NCBI GenBank assembly: GCA_965217895.1
Contig: CBDCJV010000002.1
Location: 512,001 to 576,000 of the forward strand
Length of the DNA stretch: 64,000 nt
DNA from: Waterburya sp.
Lineage (GTDB): Bacteria > Cyanobacteriota > Cyanobacteriia > Cyanobacteriales > Xenococcaceae
Direction of reading: 5' to 3'
Part shown: positions 62,207 to 64,000 of the stretch, piece after piece
Layout: each line of letters opens with the position of its first letter
Position numbering within the stretch: position 1 is the first letter of the stretch
Notes under the pieces: model-generated
Seen by the model: the letters and a program-made list of their open reading frames with translations, nothing else
The model's database searches: none
Told to the model about the DNA's origin: nothing
Program-made: the position numbers and the translations under genes

Positions 62207-62848
62207 CTAAGAGCCTAGTAACTCTAAAAAGAATCCCAGTAATAAAAAAATTAGGCTAGCGATCTTTAACAAGTGATCGAGAGAAGGGTGTTCGAGGAGA
62301 TACGCCAAGGGTTGAAGAAAAATATAATTAATTATCAGCCCTAGCAATGTTGGCGTAACGATCGCTAAAACGGTAAATAAAGGAGCAATAGATACTAACA
62401 AACAGCCAAAGATAAAAATAGCTTCAACTAAAAATAACCAATTAAAAAGATATAATTCTGCTAAAGCTACAACAAAGATAGTTAGTAGAAAACAGATGAA
62501 ATAATTGAGAATATTTAATTGAAAAAATTTACGTCTCGATTGTTTATTAGTGAAATCTCTCGTGTAGTCTTTCATAATTGTTTCACGAAAGATTACGACG
62601 TACCAATCAAAACAGCTTCTGAGAAATTGAACTAGGGTTGTATGTGGGATTGTATTTTCTAAGGATGTACCGAAATAGCGTATTTTCTCAGGTCCAATGA
62701 TATCGGCAATGATAGTAGCAGCTCCCAAAAACTGCATCACCTTGCCAATTCGTTCCCACCAGAAGATACTTATGCCCCAGAGCATTGCATCGCTAGATAG
62801 GTTATTGGATAACCAAAGTTTTCCTGCTTCAATAAAACTAATTTCCAT
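62207..62848 (-). CDS. Hypothetical membrane protein
   Basis: 213-aa ORF with several hydrophobic segments. Confidence 0.6.
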   Translation of the reverse strand: MEISFIEAGKLWLSNNLSSDAMLWGISIFWWERIGKVMQFLGAATIIADIIGPEKIRYFGTSLENTIPHTTLVQFLRSCFDWYVVIFRETIMKDYTRDFTNKQSRRKFFQLNILNYFICFLLTIFVVALAELYLFNWLFLVEAIFIFGCLLVSIAPLFTVLAIVTPTLLGLIINYIFLQPLAYLLEHPSLDHLLKIASLIFLLLGFFLELLGS

Positions 62849-62995
62849 TTACATCACATCTGGCATCTCTCTTATCGAGTAGAAGCTTGAAATACGTGGG
62901 TTAGGATTTAGGAGTTCAGAATTATAAATTACAGCGAATTTCAGTTGAATATAACTTATTACCTATTACCTATTACCTCAACAAATTAATGTAGC

Positions 62996-64000
62996 CTACC
63001 CATCCTCTAATATTGGCGATTTTTGGAACTTCTGTAGGAATTGTAATAAAGCTACGTTTGTTCCCAGTCGGTCGATTTCGCCTCGGTATTTGGTCACAGC
63101 CTCGACAAAACGCGGGGACTGAGAGAGATCGCCAAACACTTCCTCTATATCGAGCAAGAAATGGGGATCTGAGCCACCCAATCGAGCGCACTTTGTAAGT
63201 ATGTTTGCCATCGGATCTTCAATAGCTAGAGGCAGCCCCTGTTCGTCGATACCTGTTAGGTAACGCAACCATACAGCAATAGTAAAGCTCAAGTAATCTA
63301 TCGAACTATTTTGTTCGAGCTTATCTCTTAGGCTGCCAAAGATAAACTTAGGCATTTTGTCAGAGCCATTAAGGCAGAGGCGGGATAGACGATCGCTGAC
63401 TTTAGGATTGGAAAATCGTGCGATTAAGGTCTGTTTATATTCCTTAATGTCCACACCAGGTAGGGGTGCGAGGGTTGGTGTTACTTCATCCATCAAGCCG
63501 ACTATAGCCCGTCGGATCGGTTCATAGTTCATTGCCTCAGAGGTATAGGTGTAGCCTAGCAGCGAACCTAAATAGCCCAGTAACGAATGACTAGCGTTGA
63601 GTAGTCGCAGCTTCATCAGTTCGTAGGGATGAACGTCGTCGGTCATTTGCACGCCGACAGATTCCCAATCGGGTCGCCCCGCACAGAATTTATCTTCAAT
63701 CACCCACTGTATAAAGAGTTCTGCTACCACAGGCCAGTCATCTTTAATCCCAAATTTATCCTCTACCATTTGGATATCGGCGGGGGTAGTGCTAGGAGTA
63801 ATGCGATCGACCATACTGTTAGGAAAAGCAACGTGCTGGGCGATCCACTGTCCCAGATCTGGGTTTTGTAAATTGGCAAAGGCAGTTAGCATTTTGCTCA
63901 AGACATTCCCGTTCCCCTGGATATTATCGCAAGATAAGACGGTGAAAGGCGGTAAACCATTTTGTCGCCTTCGTTCCAGGGCAGCGGTGAGAAAGCCATA
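62996..64000 (-). CDS. Mannitol dehydrogenase family protein, C-terminal part; start lies outside the window
   Basis: TVLSCDN, FPNSMVDRITP, QWVIED.F..GRP, YE.MKLRLLNASHS. Confidence 0.92.
   Translation of the reverse strand, partial: YGFLTAALERRRQNGLPPFTVLSCDNIQGNGNVLSKMLTAFANLQNPDLGQWIAQHVAFPNSMVDRITPSTTPADIQMVEDKFGIKDDWPVVAELFIQWVIEDKFCAGRPDWESVGVQMTDDVHPYELMKLRLLNASHSLLGYLGSLLGYTYTSEAMNYEPIRRAIVGLMDEVTPTLAPLPGVDIKEYKQTLIARFSNPKVSDRLSRLCLNGSDKMPKFIFGSLRDKLEQNSSIDYLSFTIAVWLRYLTGIDEQGLPLAIEDPMANILTKCARLGGSDPHFLLDIEEVFGDLSQSPRFVEAVTKYRGEIDRLGTNVALLQFLQKFQKSPILEDG

Noticed and set aside
289..63871. Many short antisense or overlapping ORFs in the track
   Set aside because: Shadows of well-supported genes with no independent motifs

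Overview
Cyanobacterial DNA (abundant HIP1 GCGATCGC and heptamer STRR repeats; a Pleurocapsales-like host is a guess). Most of the window is one functionally coherent island for dark/anoxic survival. It carries a phosphoketolase-type fermentation operon (ppsA-3xUSP-STAS-ldh-xfp-gpmA-ackA), carbon mobilisation and uptake genes (glgP, glgX, sucrose synthase, glcP, OprB porin, mannitol dehydrogenase), acid/ion homeostasis genes (P3A H+-ATPase, three P2-type ATPases, HdeD, NhaP, TrkA, MgtC, MscS), five USPs, an HPF/RaiA factor, an Hsp20 pseudogene and an unannotated 49-aa AtpTheta-like ORF. The main finding is an 18-bp direct-repeat box (consensus TCCTCAyAAgTTCyTCAA, 11-bp period) found 14 times between genes. 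In 12 copies it lies exactly 10 nt upstream of a TA-initial -10-like hexamer, the PhoB/OmpR activator geometry. An RcaC-like OmpR-family regulator is encoded in the island, which suggests a DosR-like dormancy regulon. The window also holds an atypical restriction-modification-like cassette, two IS elements that disrupt island genes, two MITE families, and nested hairpin mini-elements inserted in frame into proteins, two of them exactly at HIP1 sites. All alignments were done by eye; no database searches were run.
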